A stretch of DNA of 64,000 bases, taken from NCBI RefSeq assembly GCF_006345805.1, contig NC_043013.1, forward strand, positions 14,818,001 to 14,882,000. Reading direction: 5' to 3'. Within the stretch, counting starts at the first letter, position 1. Every line of letters starts with the position of its first letter. The translations under genes were made by a program, and so were the position numbers. Shown here in pieces: positions 62,705-64,000 of the stretch. Below the pieces are notes generated by a model that worked only from the letters and a program-made list of their open reading frames with translations, was not told where the DNA came from and made no database searches. This stretch comes from Octopus sinensis (taxonomy: Eukaryota).

Positions 62705-63396
62705 TATATATTATTTACATTATTATTTGATTGAATGCCGTGCATCCATTTCCAAGTAAGTTTATCTTCATCTTTTTGATGTGACCCTACTTTATACTGT
62801 TTTCTCTCTCATCCTTTCTCTGATTCCCTTTTTTCCTCCCCTTCACAGTTTTCTATCTGTCTCTCTCTCCCTCTCCCTTTTTCTCCATTTCTCTCTCTCG
62901 TTGCTCACACATGACCATCATCCATCTTTCTTTTCCTCATGTGATCGTCTTTCTTTTCTTTCAGGACTGTCTTCAGGACACCACATATCCTATCTTTTCT
63001 CTTGTCAATAAAAATATTTCTCCAGCATTCATTATTTTACCCTTGTTCTGGTCTAACAACCCTCCATGTTTGTTTTCATTCAGTTTCCTTGTATGTCTCC
63101 ACTGTCCTGCTTCTGTTCCCAACTTTGACCCCTCATAAATCCCAAATCTTATTTTGATACTTATGGGAGCAACTGTCTTCAAAGACTCATTGTCATTCAA
63201 TGCTTGAAATGAGGAGTAGATAGACAGCCGACAACTGATGAAGGGTCATTCTTTATGTTACTTGCCCTGTTTTCCATTTTTTTGTCGTGTTGTTTGCATA
63301 TCAAACTCTTTTGCCTTTGTATTTCATGTTGTTTACTAATGGTGACGTCCTGTGCCCATATATGCATGTGTATGTATATATATATATATGTGTGTG

Positions 63397-63452
<56 letters not shown>

Positions 63453-63719
63453 AGTCACTTTGGGTGGGTGTCTTCCGCTATAGCCCCGAGCCGACCGGAG
63501 CTTTGTGATTGAATTCGGTAGGTGGAAGTCATTGCCGTGTGTGTATGTGTGCGTATAGCTGCTCAGTGCCTCTCCGAAAGAGAGAGAGAGAGGGATATGT
63601 GAGTGTGTATGTATATATGTATATATGTATATATATGTATGTATATATATATATGCATATATGTATGTGTATGTATATATATATGTATATATATATATGT
63701 ATGTATATATATATGTATG

Positions 63720-63755
<36 letters not shown>

Positions 63756-64000
63756 TATATATATATTCTTGTGGCTGACTAGATGGATGGATATATTGAT
63801 AGATGGACCAAGAGACAACAAGCAGACTGTAAAAGATCAGATCATAAAACCAGCAGTTTTATCTATAGAGATAGTTAAGCATGATGTGATGAGAAAATTG
63901 GCTGTGAAAAAAGAATTTGTGTCTTATTGATAAAGTAATTGATCAGCTTGTTGAGAAATATCTATTGAAACCAATTTACGCAGTAACAACAGGTGTTTGT

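Noticed and set aside
63234-63275. CTGATGA followed by an AGGG/CCCT stem
   Set aside because: GAAA is absent (GTTT instead). At most a decayed repeat remnant.
63780-64000. Non-repetitive-looking coding-like stretch at the window end
   Set aside because: All frames close quickly, with no recognisable homology or splice-consistent exon. No second host gene can be supported.

Overview
Eukaryotic, AT-rich, microsatellite- and SINE-saturated genomic DNA. The repeat repertoire looks like Octopus (recognised from memory, not searched). The only host gene I can support is the 3' part of a DmX-like / Rabconnectin-3 alpha gene (DMXL1/DMXL2 ortholog) on the + strand. It has 12 constitutive coding exons from 690 to the stop at 45540, which splice into one continuous frame of about 518 aa ending in the C-terminal WD40 propeller. 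The 26-kb intron (4526-30490) hides an in-frame 84-nt exon at 20471-20554 that the ORF track misses; it has a 188-nt AG-exclusion zone upstream and a YCAY cluster downstream, suggesting a regulated cassette exon. Intron 42754-44291 has textbook U12 (minor spliceosome) signals. The rest is transposon-derived: tRNA-derived SINEs, RTE LINE fragments and their (GAT)n tails, Tc1/mariner, hAT and TTAA-ended MITEs, Helitrons and foldback elements. There are two minisatellites apparently born from TE sequence (a 36-bp array with a 555-bp higher-order repeat, and a 39-bp array) and two hammerhead-ribozyme-like motifs downstream of the gene (49731-49802 and 62123-62204, minus strand). Nearly all listed ORFs are microsatellite or repeat artefacts. 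There is no CRISPR array, rRNA gene or convincing tRNA gene.
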